Of a DNA stretch of 64,000 nucleotides, positions 1 to 13,444 are shown piece by piece. Both the position numbers and the translations under genes were made by a program. The first letter of the stretch is position 1, and every line of letters begins with the position of its first letter. Origin of the DNA: Octopus sinensis (taxonomy: Eukaryota). The notes below the pieces were generated by a model. The model made no database searches, had not been told where the DNA came from, and was given only the letters and a program-made list of their open reading frames with translations. The stretch covers positions 73,656,001 to 73,720,000 of the forward strand of contig NC_043005.1 in the NCBI RefSeq assembly GCF_006345805.1, read 5' to 3'.

Positions 1-921
1 AAACTGGTTCTGAGTTGTTAGCATTTTGTCCAATTTCAAGATTTTTTTTTCATTATTATATTATATTATATTATACTATACCTTTTATTTTTCTAATTGC
101 CTTCATGTATCTCGACCTTATCGTCTCTAATTGGAACTTAATTTCAAGGAAAATTTGAAGGAGTTTTTGTGTGTGTGTGTGTTTTTAGATTTTTTTTTCT
201 TGCAAAACAAAACTGCCGCATTCATTGCTTTGCTAGTTAGCAATGAGTGTTTCTGTCACTTGAAAATAATTAACATTGCATTCGTAATTTTGTTATTGGC
301 TAGAATTCTTATGCTTTTGTCATAGTTAAACCGACTAGGCAAAGAGTTAGCTGAATGCTAAACCAATTATAAATGTAAACATTCCACTTAGAACAAAATA
401 GTTAACCTTTATTGAACTCAATTATTAGTAGTTTCGCTCCTGGAGAAAATTATAATTATTTGTGCAAGTTAATCATGTAACCGCAACAATACGAAGCTCC
501 ACATAGCTCGCCGTTGCATTTCAACTCATAATGTTTTCTCGATTGTCTTTGGCAGTTTCAGTGTAGGTCATATATAACATTATGTGCGGAATCATTTTAT
601 GTAATTGTTTAACGCAGTTTTCTAACGTACAAATTCATTGAATCATTTGATCTCGCTGATGTATATGATTGTATAATTTCTATATTTGTTTCAGTACTAG
701 CTCTTCTTTGATTTTACAATAAAGTAATTTGTGATGTCACAGAGACTTATAAGTTCAAATTTATAAAACTTATTTTCATTATTTTTATTTATTAGTTGTT
801 ATCGAATCATTCAAGGCAACCGAGTAACAGAGTCGTAACAGCATTGACTGGAATGCATTGCGTTATATTTTTTCCGAGGTTGACTATCTCTTTGAGTTCT
901 GTCTCGGTGCTAAGCTTGTGC

Positions 922-923
<2 letters not shown>

Positions 924-961
<38 letters not shown>

Positions 962-1118
962 TCCTCTGTCTCACTCCATTCTATTTCTCTCTATATCTCT
1001 CTTTCTCACTCACTCTACCTCGAGTTCCCCTTCTCTCCCTCTCCCTCTCTCCCTCTCTCTCCCTCTCTCTCCCTCTCTCTCCCTCTCTCTCCCTCTACCC
1101 CCCTCTCTCTCTCTCTCC
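924..1118. repeat. (CT)n / (CCCTCTCTCT)n microsatellite
   Basis: Pure then degenerate CT repeats; source of the SL-rich ORFs 796..1145. Confidence 0.95.
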
Positions 1119-1491
1119 ATAAATGAAGGAACGAAATTTGCTTAGTGGATGCAAACCCAGGTCCAAACCAAGAGGTTCAGTTAAAGCTTTATCCAAGACA
1201 AGATTGTCTTCTTTTTAGACAGTAGGGGAAAGTTTGAAGTATATATGACGTTCAAATTGCAATGATTACAGCAGAAATAATACAACCCCAAAAAGGTGTC
1301 ACTGAAATCCCTAACTACATAACACACACACAAACACATACGCATGTACATATATATTTTTATACGTGTGTATGTATATAAAGAAGTGGTTTCTGTGAAG
1401 CATTGTGTGGTATAACTTTAAAGGGATTTGTTCCATCCTTACACAACAAATCTCTTTACTATATCTACATATATATACGCACACACTCATA

Positions 1492-1881
1492 CATTTCTAG
1501 GAGCACTCCGTCGGTTACAACGATGAGGGTCCCAGCTGATACGATCAACGGAACAGCTTGCTCGTGAAATTAACGTGCAAGTGGCTGAGCATTCCACTGA
1601 CACGTGTACCCTGAACGTAGTTCTCAGGGAGATTCAGCGTGACACAGAGTGTGACAAGGCTGGCACTTTGAAATACAGGTACAACAGAAACAGGAAGAAA
1701 GAGTGAGAGAAAGTTGTGGTGAAAGAGTACAGCAGGGTTCAGCACCCCCCCCCCCTGCCGGAGCCTCGTGGAGCTTTAGGTGTTTTCGCTCAATAAACAC
1801 TCACAATGCCCGGTCTGGGAATCGAAACCGCGATCCTACGACCGCGAGTCCGCTGCCCTAACCACTGGGCCATTGCGCCTC
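1492..1881 (-). mobile_element. tRNA-derived SINE, head type A + 3' module A, full length
   Basis: Minus strand starts GGAGGCGCAATGGCCCAGTGGTTAGG (A box) ... GGTTTCGATTCC (B box). 12-bp TSD CACACACTCATA at 1480-1491 and 1882-1893. Near-identical to 47907-48307. Confidence 0.9.
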
Positions 1882-2174
1882 CACACACTCATATATAAGC
1901 ATATCTATACAGATAATGATGGTCCTACCAGTGAGCTAACGAGATTTTTTCGGTGTTGCATGTTTTAGTAGAAACATGCTGCCAAATATATGGTGTCTTA
2001 AATGAATGTAATACTAGATAACACTATATCTGAATTGAAGATATGATTATTACGAAATGAACAGCTTCATTCATGAGTTTATTTCTGATAGGGCTACCCT
2101 GAGAGTAAACATTAACATGAATAACCGCCCTACCAATAACACTCTGAGGTAGTCCTTCCTAAACACTACCAACT

Positions 2175-2263
2175 GTGGAATGTGAACTCAGGGCATAAAG
2201 ACGGACGAAATGTTACTAAGCATTTTTCCCGGCGTGATATCGATACTGCCAGCTAACCACCTT
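2175..2263 (-). mobile_element. Degraded head of 184-type SINE (GGCGGCGAGCTGGCAG family)
   Basis: Matches the reverse complement of the head/B-box region of copies such as 24069-24299. Confidence 0.6.
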
Positions 2264-2347
2264 TGGAAATCTTGTAATATAATTGGTCTTATATAAATTA
2301 GTTAACCTTTATTGAACTCAATTATTAGTAGTTTCTTATATAAATTA

Positions 2348-2644
2348 CTAGCAGTATCGCCCGGCGTTGCTCGGGTTTGTAAGGGAAATAACTATATAAG
2401 CATTTTTAGAGAGTTATAGCCAAAAAATAGCAAAAAATGCATTAAAAATGGAAAAAAAAAATATGGTAAATTTGTTTTTAAATCGGTAACTCATCGTAGA
2501 CGCGCGCTAATACCCAGAAGGGCTCGATATGAATCACGACTATAAGATACCCGGTTTTGGTTAAACTGCACCGCAAAATGTGGGAGTAGTTAGGAATCTA
2601 AATCGTAGGAGACAGACACACAACTTCTCTTTTATATATAAAGA
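2348..2644 (-). mobile_element. Non-autonomous Helitron (297 bp)
   Basis: On the minus strand: host A | TCTTTATATATAAAAGAG ... hairpin CCCGAGCAACGCCGGG (plus-strand 2360-2375) ... CTAG | host T. These are the canonical TC...hairpin...CTRR termini in an AT target, with no TSD. Confidence 0.85.
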
Positions 2645-4435
2645 TTTAACTCCTTTTATTGTTGCAATATGTTACATATATTTGTGTGTCCACCTCGGCA
2701 TGTTCCTGGAATTTCGTTTATGTTAGACGAAAGCTTCATCAAAGTTATTAGAACATTACAGTTATTAGAACATATGATAGTATGAGCATAAATTATATCT
2801 TCAGATTTCCGAATATATATATATATATATGTTTCTACTTTCTTAGAGGCGTATGTACGTTATTTTTTTCTTAGATATTTTTCTCATGTATATTCATATT
2901 AATGTACGTGTTCGTGCTTATATTCATATGAGGGATGCAAACCTCGTTTTAAAAATATATAAACTGATAAGGAAATATAAGTGTATGATAAACGAAAAGT
3001 GATAGCTATTATTGATCTGTGATCTGAAAGGAAGAACATATTTGACTACCGCCAACATGATCACGATAAGTTACTGTAACAGCAATAATATTAAGAACAC
3101 ACCAACACGAACATCTAACACAAAATCATTGAACATTTTCTCACGGCCAATCAATACTCTTTACCAATGTTTTGTCGAGGTGTCGCAGTGCTATGGAGAT
3201 ATTGTTAACGTTATATAGGTGATCAGATCGTTCGAATGAATATTTTTTCTTTTAGTCGCAGTTTGAATCCATAACATTAATCTGTAGTAGGTAATATAAT
3301 TATATTCGATTTACCTTCGACGTTATTTCTTTCTATACTGAGAATTAATACTTCGGATTTTTTTTTCAATGACTTAATGTGCTAAGACATGTAGATGCAG
3401 AAAGTTTAAATACATCATTGTGTTAAAGAGTCACACATTGGATATGTAACAGAAAGCTTGCTTTTATTCTTTTGGTGGCGGTGATGATTAGGTCATCATT
3501 AAGCGTTGAACGTCGGTGTAGCAAATGGTAGGCGTTTGATTTGGTGCTTTTATATTCTTGTCAATGGCGAAACTAGCGATGAAACCAGGACTAATTTATT
3601 ATTTCTCAAAAACTAAAACAAACAAGCATGAGTAATTTGGCATGTAGTATTGTGTCAGCGGTATAAAAACAACAGGCTTACCACATGCAGGTTAACACAG
3701 TTTTACTTCTCGTAGATGTAACCGCCCAAACTAAATTCATAGCACACGCCACAGATACGTAAGAAAATAAAATCAGATGTTCCAAAATTAGATTCAAAAT
3801 CGTGCTGTGTTTAATTACAAATTAAGGTTTTCTATTACGCTTTATAGTATTCTCTCAGAATATCTTTGGAAATTAGTTTCCTGTACAATAATTATATTGC
3901 ATTGGGGGTTTATTTAATCAATATCAATTTCTCTATATTTCTTAATTGTAAGCTAGCATTATCAGATGATCTGAAAATCCATGAAGAATCCGTTAAATAA
4001 ATTAAGAATAGAGGCCAAGCGTGGGGCGAATAGCATGTGTGGGTTCTGCGGGTTTGTAGAAGGCAATCACTTTATACGTATGTCTTTGTTGTGGTCGAAG
4101 AATATTTATGGAAAGGTGTGGCCAATTTGAATACCGGATACAGCGATCAAATCTTCTTTGATTGACATTGATATTATAAAAAAAATGAAGCCATTCGAAT
4201 ATTTCAAGACCTTCAAAGCAGAATTTGAGAAAAAGCAACCCAGTTACGATGATGTTTGCTAATCAATCTCTTTCAAACGGTCTAGTAAATATGAAGTAAA
4301 TATGAGGGTTTCATATCATATTTGGAAATGTTCCAAATACCATTGTGATTCACTTCTTAATCAAGCGGCAACGTCTCGTTGCAAATCATCTTAGACAAAA
4401 CATGCATCAATCGTTCAGTTTCTGCAAAACTCATT

Positions 4436-4649
4436 TTTACTCTTTTACTCTTTTACTTGTTTCAGTCATTTGACTGTGGCCATGTTGGAGCACCGCCTTT
4501 AGTCGAGCAACTCGACCCCAGGACTTATTCTTTGTAAACCTAGTTCTTATTCTATCGACCTCTTTTGCCGAACCGTTAAGTTACGGGGACGTAAACACAC
4601 CAGCATCGGTTGTCAAGCGTCGTTGGGGGACAAACACTGACACACAAAT

Positions 4650-4692
<43 letters not shown>

Positions 4693-4878
4693 CATATATA
4701 TATATACATATATACGACAGGCTTCTTTCAGTTTCTGTCTACCAAATCCACTCGCAAGGCTTTGGTTGGCCCGTGGCTATAGTAGAAGACACTTGCCCAA
4801 GGTGCCACGCAGTGGGTCTGAACCCGGAACTATGTGGCTGGTAAGCAAGCTACTTACTACACAGCCACTCCTACGCCT
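4436..4878 (-). mobile_element. CORE-type tRNA SINE with internal (CA)n(TA)n
   Basis: tRNA-like head, CORE motif GCACCTTGGGCAAGTGTCTT, 3' hairpin CAGTC-AAAT-GACTG and (GAGTAAAA)n tail. Confidence 0.92.
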
Positions 4879-6134
4879 ACTCTAATAAAATATTTCAAAA
4901 TGTCTTTTAGAGACTGAGTAATGCTTGAGCACGAATATATAGTAGCCACTTGTGACGGGCTGGTCACTGCACAGCATGATGGACAGGACGAGTATTCTTT
5001 TTTTTATACGAGGGGCCGTCTGTGCGCGTGTCTGAGAGCACCTGTGCGTTTGTATGTGCTCATGGATGTAGATGGCTGTGCGTGTGCGTTCAGGTGTGTG
5101 TTGTGGTTAATCGTGCTCACGGATGTACGTGCCTTTGCGCTTCTGTGTGTGCAACAGCGTGCGATGGAAAACCTGCTGTAGTTATGTGATTACAGAACTA
5201 TTTCTAAACTTAACAGCCCTCACAAGCGTCTGCCAAAGCAAAAGAAATTTGAAAGTGATACCATAAAACTATCGTAGCGACCAACTTATTGTCGCTCTTC
5301 ATTTTCTGATATATGTCACTGAAAGTCCGTACTGTAGTAGCTACTGGTGTTGGCGTCGTTGTTGTTGTTGTTCTTGTTTTTGATGTTATCATTGAGTCTA
5401 CGTTTCCTGGGGGTTATTTCATTTCCACTCTCTGCTCTAATATGTACATTTGTGTGTTATTGCAGTTAGGGGAGTACGCGACTGAATATATACGAAGAAG
5501 AGACGAGTACGCACCGTCCTCCTCATCGACCGTCTAACTAGCATCTCTAAACATCAACCTAATACTACACACTCTTTTACCCACTCTTCCACCTTGGCAA
5601 TGATATTGAATGTAATATGCGTGGTTAGGATACGCATTTGCTGAGCTTATTTTTCGCTGAGAATACCGAAGAATTGATTCTACTGTACTGCGCAATTTTG
5701 TCACTTGCCTTGCGTAATAATGACAATCGATTTACTGAAACATGAGTATGTTGTATAATATCTAAAACAAGTTTCTGTCTTCATTTTTTTCTATAGCGTG
5801 GCTTCGTCTAACCGTGTATAGAAGCGGATTGTGAAACTTTCTAATAAGCACAAATTTTGGTTACGTGTGGCATCTTCCAGCGCAGTATTATCCCATGAGC
5901 CCACTTTGTTATTAAATACGCATGTGTGTGTGTGTGTATACATATTTATCCTACGCAGTAGACACACAACCACTTCAAAGTTACATATCATTTGGAAGAG
6001 TGATAGGTGAAAGAAATGACGAACAGCCTTAATCGATATTCTACTCTTATTGAGTTCGCATCAGAGGAGATTTCATCTCTTGCCCATTTACAGAGAAACG
6101 AGTAGCTCACTTTTTTTATTATTTTATTCTATAA

Positions 6135-6409
6135 CTTCTTTAAGTCATTTGACTGCGGCCATGCTGAAGCACCTTCTTGAAAGATTCTAATCGAACAAAT
6201 CGACCTCAGGACTTTATTTTTAAAGCCTTGTACTTATTCTTTTGATCTCCTTTTGTCGAACCCCTAAGTTACGGGGACGTAAATACACCGACACCGGTTG
6301 TCAAGCGGTGTCGGGGGACAAACACAGACACACACACATAGATGTACATATACATATATATACTATATATGCATAATATATATATATATATGTATATACA
6401 TGTATATAT

Positions 6410-6463
<54 letters not shown>

Positions 6464-6616
6464 TACGACGGGCTTCTTTTAGTTTTCGACTAACAAATCC
6501 ACTCACAAACTGTAGTCGGTCCGCGGAAGTATCATTTGCCCGAGACACTTGCCCAAGATGCCACGTAGCAGGACTAAACCCGGGACTATGTGATTGGGAA
6601 AGAAGCGTCTTACCGT
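6135..6616 (-). mobile_element. CORE-type tRNA SINE with expanded internal (TA)n
   Basis: Same family as 4436-4878; GACACTTGCCCAAG core at about 6544; (TA)n at about 6345-6462. Confidence 0.88.
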
Positions 6617-7666
6617 ACAGTCTAGTATCTGCAGAGAACTGGGGCAACCAATTTGCGTGGTATAAATGTTTAACACTTGATTTGATAACACACACACACA
6701 CACATACATACACACACATACACACACACACATACATACACATGCATACACACATGTGTGTGTGTATGTGTAAGAGAAAGAGAGAGAGAGAGAGAGCATG
6801 TGTGAATATTCTCTTCGAGTATTAACTGTGCTTGTGAAAGTCTCCATGAAGATGGCAGCACTGGTTTAGAGGTAAGCCAAGCTTCTTTTTCTCAATTCCT
6901 TTTAGCAGATTTTAATTTTAAAACTGTTATTAAAAACATTATAATTCCTGCAGCTTTATTTTTTTTTTTTTTTTTTTGAAAATCCATATTAGCATGGGAA
7001 TTATTCAATCCACTCGAAGTTGCCAGCAACATTTATACCATTTTTAAACAGAAAATGAAACAGCTTGATAATAACATTGCACAAACAGCATGTAAAAGTC
7101 TCCAAAATGATAGGGTGTAATTTCTTCGATTAATTGCAATACTTAATAACATATGTGAGACTGTAATATTGCGAATCTTTTGACATCAAGAAGTACAGGC
7201 TAAAAGGAAGGGAGAAGAAATTAAATCTTCTGGGTACATTAACTACAATATTTTCTTTCCGTCGTATAAACTAAGAAAATTCCTTATTTATTTAAACATA
7301 TATATATATATATATATTATATATAGATAGATAGATAGATGAGTGTATTTTTACCTTGTTAACAATTAACATGGAAAAAAAAAAATAAATAGTTACCAGG
7401 GCAGCAAAAATCTCACAAGTAAAGGTGCTGTATCTCCTTGTTTATAAAGGTAGAAACTTCGTGTTTACGTTGAATATTTTGAATATACAAATCCATCATT
7501 TTTTGCTAAAATGTCTTATTGACGAGTTTCGTTTTTTTTCACTTTCCTGAGGAGAAGATTGCATTGTTTATACCATTTATTCTTTTGAATAGTATAAGTG
7601 GAATTTTCGAAACATGTGTCGAAAGTAAAAATATTTGATTACACCTGCGTTAACTCCATTTTTTTA

Positions 7667-7703
<37 letters not shown>

Positions 7704-7707
<4 letters not shown>

Positions 7708-7980
7708 GTAAAATAATATATGGCAATTATTCAATAGCCAAGATAAAACTCTGAGTTTCGGATGCCGAGGTGGAAATCCACAACACCATGTCTTCGGTTA
7801 TCTGGCCAAAGGCGTTTTTCAGATGGCCAGATAACCGTTGTGGATTTCCACCTCGGCATCCGAAACTCAGAGTTTTATCTTGGCTATTGAATAATTGTCA
7901 CATATTATTTTACAGATAAATTTCCTCTATTTACATAATATTGAGGTCTCTTTCTTTCTTTTGTTATCTTACCGTTTTTA

Positions 7981-7983
<3 letters not shown>
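7704..7983. mobile_element. Inverted-repeat (fold-back) element between (TA)n tracts, probably a Penelope-like terminal repeat
   Basis: Arms 7704-7808 and 7824-7917 are near-perfect reverse complements (right arm lacks 11 nt), spacer 15 nt. Contains a hammerhead fold. PLE insertions are known to carry inverted pLTR copies and hammerheads. Confidence 0.7.
7737..7806 (-). ncRNA. Candidate type-I hammerhead ribozyme (U4C core variant)
   Basis: GCCAGATAA-CCGAAGA-[imperfect 12-bp stem II]-GAAA-CUCAGAG-U-U/UUAUCUUGGC. Stem I is 9 bp with one bulge; stem III is AC...GU; GUU cleavage would fall between 7747 and 7746. The base of stem II is irregular (C-C). Confidence 0.6.
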
Positions 7984-8023
<40 letters not shown>

Positions 8024-8562
8024 CAGAATATGCTGAAACTTATCTTCCATGATATCAGCTAAGCAAGTATCAATGAGTGTGAGCGAAAGAGTGAGAGAGA
8101 GAGAGAGAGAGAGAGAGGAATGCTTGTGTGTGTATGTGTAAAATCGTTTTTGCCTAACAGATATAGCAACAAAATTATTACAGAAGTAGTTAACTAATCT
8201 TATTTTCATGCTTAGCAATAAATTATTCATGTAGAAAGCCCAGTATACTTATCGACTCCATACAAAATTAAAACTAAATTTTCTTTTCTCATCTTTATTT
8301 AACATTTTCATTACCTCAGATAAAAATTCTACCATCGTCGAAGCCGCATATTCTTAGGATTGTTCTAAAATACCTAGGCTTATTTCTCAAGATCTAGTTT
8401 AAATCTATATATTTTGATAAATTTTAATACCTGCTTGATTGAATGTAACATCGGTATGTGATACACCGCGCACAATCTTTTGGTGCTAAAACCGTGTATT
8501 GAATTATTAATTTGATCGTTTTTACCAATTCTTCCTCTAATAATATGCTTCACACCCTACAT

Positions 8563-8777
8563 AATTCTTTTCTACTCAAGTCACAAGCACCGAAATTTTG
8601 GGGTCAGAAGGCCAGTCGATTAATTCGACCCCAGTACGCAACTGGTATTTAATTTATCGACCCCGAAAGGATGAAAGGCAAATCAACCTCGGCGGAATTT
8701 GAACTCAGAACGTAAAGACACGAAATACCACTAAGCACTAAGCCCGGCATGCTAACGATTCCACCAGCTAGCCGCCT
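8563..8777 (-). mobile_element. 184-type tRNA SINE (alternative tail)
   Basis: ATCGACCCCGAAAGGATGAAAGGC and GGAATTTGAACTCAG (B-box complement). Confidence 0.85.
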
Positions 8778-8819
8778 TCACACTCTACATAATCAATAGT
8801 CAAATGTTTGGGTGCTTTC

Positions 8820-9215
8820 ATTTTTTTTACTTCACTTGTTTCAGTCAGGGAGCAGCGGCCACGCTGGGGCACTACCTCGAAGGGTTTAGTCGAACAAATC
8901 GCCCTTTCTACGTAAATTTTAAGTCTAATAGTATTCTGCTGGCCAGTTTTGAGACTGCTACGTGAACAAACCCACACCGGTTGTCAAGCGATAGTGCAGG
9001 ACAAACACAAACACAAAGACCCACACACACACATACATATATATAAATATATGTATGTATGTATATATATGACGGTCTTCTACCCAGTTTCTCCCTAGAC
9101 ATCGGTCTATTTTCTGGAGCTATAATAGAAAACATTTGTCCGAGCTATTGCGAAAGACTGAACTTGATACCATTTAGCTGAAAAGTTGATTTATTAACTC
9201 CACAGCCATACCAGA
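8820..9215 (-). mobile_element. Diverged CORE-type SINE
   Basis: TTGTTTCAGTCA tail, GGTTGTCAAGCG body, internal (CA)(TA) tract, degenerate head. Confidence 0.7.
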
Positions 9216-9363
9216 ACCTGTCATCATCTTTTCATTGCAAAGAAGAATATTTTCCTTTGAAGATTTGGGGGAGCATCATCATTGACTTGTGTCTACAGTG
9301 TGTAATAACAATGAAATGCTTATTTCTACATTCGACTTACGGTTATCATTAGTTAGATTTTAA

Positions 9364-9763
9364 GGCGGCGAGCTGGCAGAAACGTTAGCACACCGGGCGT
9401 AATGCGTAGCCGTATTTCGTCTGCCGTTACGTTCTGAGTTCAAATTCCGCCGAGGTCGATTTTGCCTTTCATCCTTTCGGAGTCGATAAATTAAGTACCA
9501 GTCACGCACTGGGGTCGATATAATCGACTTAATCCGTTTGTCTGTCCTTGTTTGTTCTCTCTGTGTTTAGCCCCTTGTGGGTAGTAAAGAAACAAGTATT
9601 TCGTCTGCCATTACGTTCTGAGGTCGACTTTGTCGTTCATCCGTTCGGGGTCGATAAATTAAGTACCAGTTACGCACTGAAGTTGATGTAATCGACTTAA
9701 TCCCTTTGTCTGTCCTTGTTTGTCCCCCCTATGTTTAGCCTCTTGTGGGCAATAAGTAAATAA
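9364..9763 (+). mobile_element. 184-type tRNA SINE, dimer
   Basis: Head GGCGGCGAGCTGGCAGAAACG; units begin GTATTTCGTCTGCC at 9412 and 9596 (184 bp apart); second unit has an internal deletion. Confidence 0.9.
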
Positions 9764-10014
9764 GAATCGTTATTGTGCCGGAATAAAATGCTCAGTGGCG
9801 TTTTGTACATCTTTAGCTTCAGAATTCAAAGTCCACCAAGGTGGACTTTGCTTTCCGGTTCAATGAAATAAGTATCAATTAATCAACTTGAATCTCCCCT
9901 AAAATCCTTGGGCTTGGTCCAATATTTGAACCCATCATTTGTGAACGTAAAGAACTGGGACGAATATAGCAAAGCATTTTTCAGACGTTCTAATGAATCT
10001 GCCAATTCTCTAAC

Positions 10015-10160
10015 TAATCCTTTATACTAACGGCACGAGACTTGAAATTTAGAGGGAAGGCAAAGTCGACCTCGGCGGAATTTGACTCAGAGCGTAAAGA
10101 CAGACGAAATGCCGCAAAGAGTTTTGCCTGGCATGTTAACGCTTCTGCAAGTACATCGCT
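10015..10160 (-). mobile_element. 184-type SINE, internally deleted
   Basis: GGCAAAGTCGACCTCGGCGGAATTTG plus head remnant and alternative tail. Confidence 0.7.
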
Positions 10161-11477
10161 TTAATCAGAATAAATAATAAATAGTTAGACTCATTAAACA
10201 CACGATGGAATGAAAAAGCTTTATAATTAATCATATCCTTATAATTAACCATGTCCTATAACATCTTGAAGGTCTAGGGCAACTCCAGATAATTTTGCAC
10301 ACTTTTCTACAGCTTAACACAAAAGTCATATTGTTTCTCGCTTACTCAAGTTGTAGGATTGATTGAAAAACGCCTACTTAAGACGGCTTATTACGTAAGA
10401 TCATACTATCTCCTAACAGCTATTCCCAAACTCTCAGGTACTAAGCCTTCAGCGTTCCATCAGTTCTACTCAGCTGCCGAAATTGTCCTACAACATCTAA
10501 ACCAACTCAAAGAGCAAAGGAGGTGACTATTATTTTCATCTCTCATTCAATAAAATCCCAAATCCAAGTTGTTCATTCAATTCTGTACAACAACTTCACA
10601 AACAAAAACACCACCGTAAACAGTTGGAAAGCATCGCACACAAACACCAAGTCTGTAAATACCTCTGCAAGACAACTGTCATCAATATAAAGGTATCCTG
10701 TATTTTATGACACATCCTGTATTTTATGATATAGCCAATATTTTATGACGCATGTTCTCTTCCCTCCAATATTATCCCCAGATCTTCAATAACCTTTTTC
10801 AGAATTCTCCTGAGATATCGCTCATCAGACATTATTGCCCTGTAATTAAAATTTCTCCCGACACGTTTTCTACACGTTTCTCACTTTCCAACAGCATACA
10901 CTCAACACATTTCTATTCAAAGCCTTATCTCTCTTCTACCTGTCTCACCAGCACGTGCATGCAATTGCCAAGTGTGAAAATTTTCTGATCACTCCACCTC
11001 AACAAGGTGATCAATTGTGACACAGTTTTTTCCATTAATCCATTAATCATAAACAGTATGCCCAAGAAGTATCTTCTATCATTATTGAATTTTTTTGTCG
11101 TTATCTTTCAATATTCAGATACCAATTTTAATTGTTTTAAATGCATGACACCGTTTTCCAATCACAAGAAAAGCAGCCTCCCTTATACAATCAACTAGAT
11201 TTAAATCGTTCTAAAATTACACTCCCAACATGATGGAAATATTTGATACTTGTAAACAACCGCCATTTCTTTCAGCTTCAGTCCTTTTGTCGTGTCAGTA
11301 ACCATAGGTACATTTTCTATGCGTCTGTGTCTTCCCATCATTTTGTCTCCTAGCTCACACACCATAACATTTCGTGACAACGATTCTTCCCACAAATTAT
11401 GAATAAGACTTGTTTTGTTTGAATGCTCATTTCAGTGTATGGTGTGTATGATCTCTCCCTCTCTCTCTCTCTCTCTA

Positions 11478-11514
<37 letters not shown>

Positions 11515-11524
11515 CTGTATATAT

Positions 11525-11642
11525 ATCACCGTGACCGTCACCGACCAGGCTATCAGATGTTGCTACACATCGCAGGTCACAATGCGCTTCGCATTGTTTT
11601 AGCCTTCAAATGACGTCACCCCGCTGGCTAAACGAGCAGGCC
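11525..11642 (-). mobile_element. SINE 3' module B fragment
   Basis: GCGCTTCGCATTGTTTTAGCCTTCAAATGACG shared with 22690-22800. Confidence 0.75.
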
Positions 11643-13159
11643 AATATATATATATATACATATATATATGTATCTCTCTCTTTCTCTTTCTTTGAATCCC
11701 TCTCTCTCTTTGTCTCTCTGTTTGTCCGTTTATCTCTCTCTTACTCTCTCTCTCCCTCTCTCTCTCTTCTCTTTCTCTCTCTCCCTCTGACGAAATAGAA
11801 AACGTAGTTGTTAAATATGCTAGAAATACTAGCTGAATTACCCCCAAACCACAACTAACTATTCTAAGTCCAAGGTACGCTGTGTCTGACTGAGCGAAAA
11901 GTGAAATGCTCACTGCTGAGCTGGAGTTCCTTCAATCATGAATTCTCTCAATTGGGGCAAACCAGTAGCTTAAAAAAAGAAACAAGTGTAAAGCAACTGA
12001 TTTGTGAATCGCGACACTTTTACAAGGGATGATTTAAACATAACCGTTCAAGATAACGAAGCTATCATAATTTTTGTATAACAGCCAGCGCTTAATAGTG
12101 ATTGCACTGTAATATCTGTTTACGGCATGGTTCATCGAATCAATTGAGACTTAAAGGTCACAGCATTTAACAAAACTAAATGCTGCAAACAGGTTATGAA
12201 CTTCTCACGTCTGTGTTCTAATACTACATCGGTTTTGACAGTCCATATTCATAGGTTATTAATCATTTTATATATTTGTACATTATTCAGTGAAATCTTA
12301 GCATTCCTATGTTAGTTGCTATCTGATCTCACTGATTATGTAATTAAACAATTCCTACTCCGCATATACTATTTATTACATTATACGTACATCAAGCTGT
12401 GATTCAACAGTTAATTTTGCCATTGTTTTAAGCTGATTAACTGAATCTGAACAAGGATTAACTTGCATACGATTAATTCATGTTATATATATATATGACA
12501 TCCATTTTGTCTAGAACGAAAGCGTAAATTTTTAACTGAATTGTTTAACACATTTTTAACATATTTTTAACTGAATTGTTCCAAGATTAGCTCGCCTATA
12601 ACCTTCGACAACGGCAATTATATAATTGTATGGAAATTGTAAGATTATTTTAAAATCCTGAAATTCGATAGAGTATATAATGATAACAGTTCGTATGCCA
12701 AAACTTCCTGTTTAAACCTTTTCTATCTCAGAATATAAAGAACGAATAATTCAACGTAGAGGTTTTTTGTGCATATACATACAGTTGTATATATATACAT
12801 GTATATATACATAGATTTGTGAACACATGTGCTAACGATTTTGCGTATGTGTTGTGGCACAGAGATTTTGTGAATATGTTCACAATGCAGAGGATATGTA
12901 GATATGAGAAAGGAAGGACACTAAAAAGGACTGCGTAAGGGATTCCAGGAACATATTCCATTATCTTTCTTTTAATAACATATCAACACGGCGTGTTCCT
13001 CATAAGGTCGATTGTAGATTATGTTTGAATATTTTGTACTTTATACGATATGTATGCGTGTGTGAATACATGTATATATGCATGCGTGTATATATGTATA
13101 TATGGGTATTTATATATATGTATGTATACATATATATGTATGTATGCATATACGTATGA

Positions 13160-13191
<32 letters not shown>

Positions 13192-13200
<9 letters not shown>

Positions 13201-13248
13201 TAAATACGTATGTGCATATTTGCATACATATGTATAAATTAGACATAT

Positions 13249-13339
<91 letters not shown>

Positions 13340-13397
13340 CATAAATACGTAATTGCATATTTGCATACATATGTATAAATTAGACATATATACATAC

Positions 13398-13440
<43 letters not shown>
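13192..13440. repeat. Tandem duplication (about 140-bp unit) within TA-rich microsatellite
   Basis: TTCATAAATACGTA..TGCATATTTGCATACATATGTATAAATTAGACATATATACATAC occurs twice, each copy followed by (TA)n. Confidence 0.85.

Positions 13441-13444
<4 letters not shown>

Noticed and set aside
694-724. CAG..GTAATT micro-exon candidate
   Set aside because: Stops in all frames and a weak donor.
5000-5025. TACGAGGGG, like a mariner TIR start
   Set aside because: No partner TIR and no transposase remnant.
5466-5537. Acceptor followed by LGEYATEYIRRRDEYAPSSSSTV* (possible terminal exon)
   Set aside because: No recognisable protein, no canonical poly(A) signal nearby, no linked upstream exons.
10700-11400. 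Minus-strand MSDERYLRRIL, like an RTE C-terminus
   Set aside because: Single short motif without ordered neighbours; probably an old LINE but not supportable.
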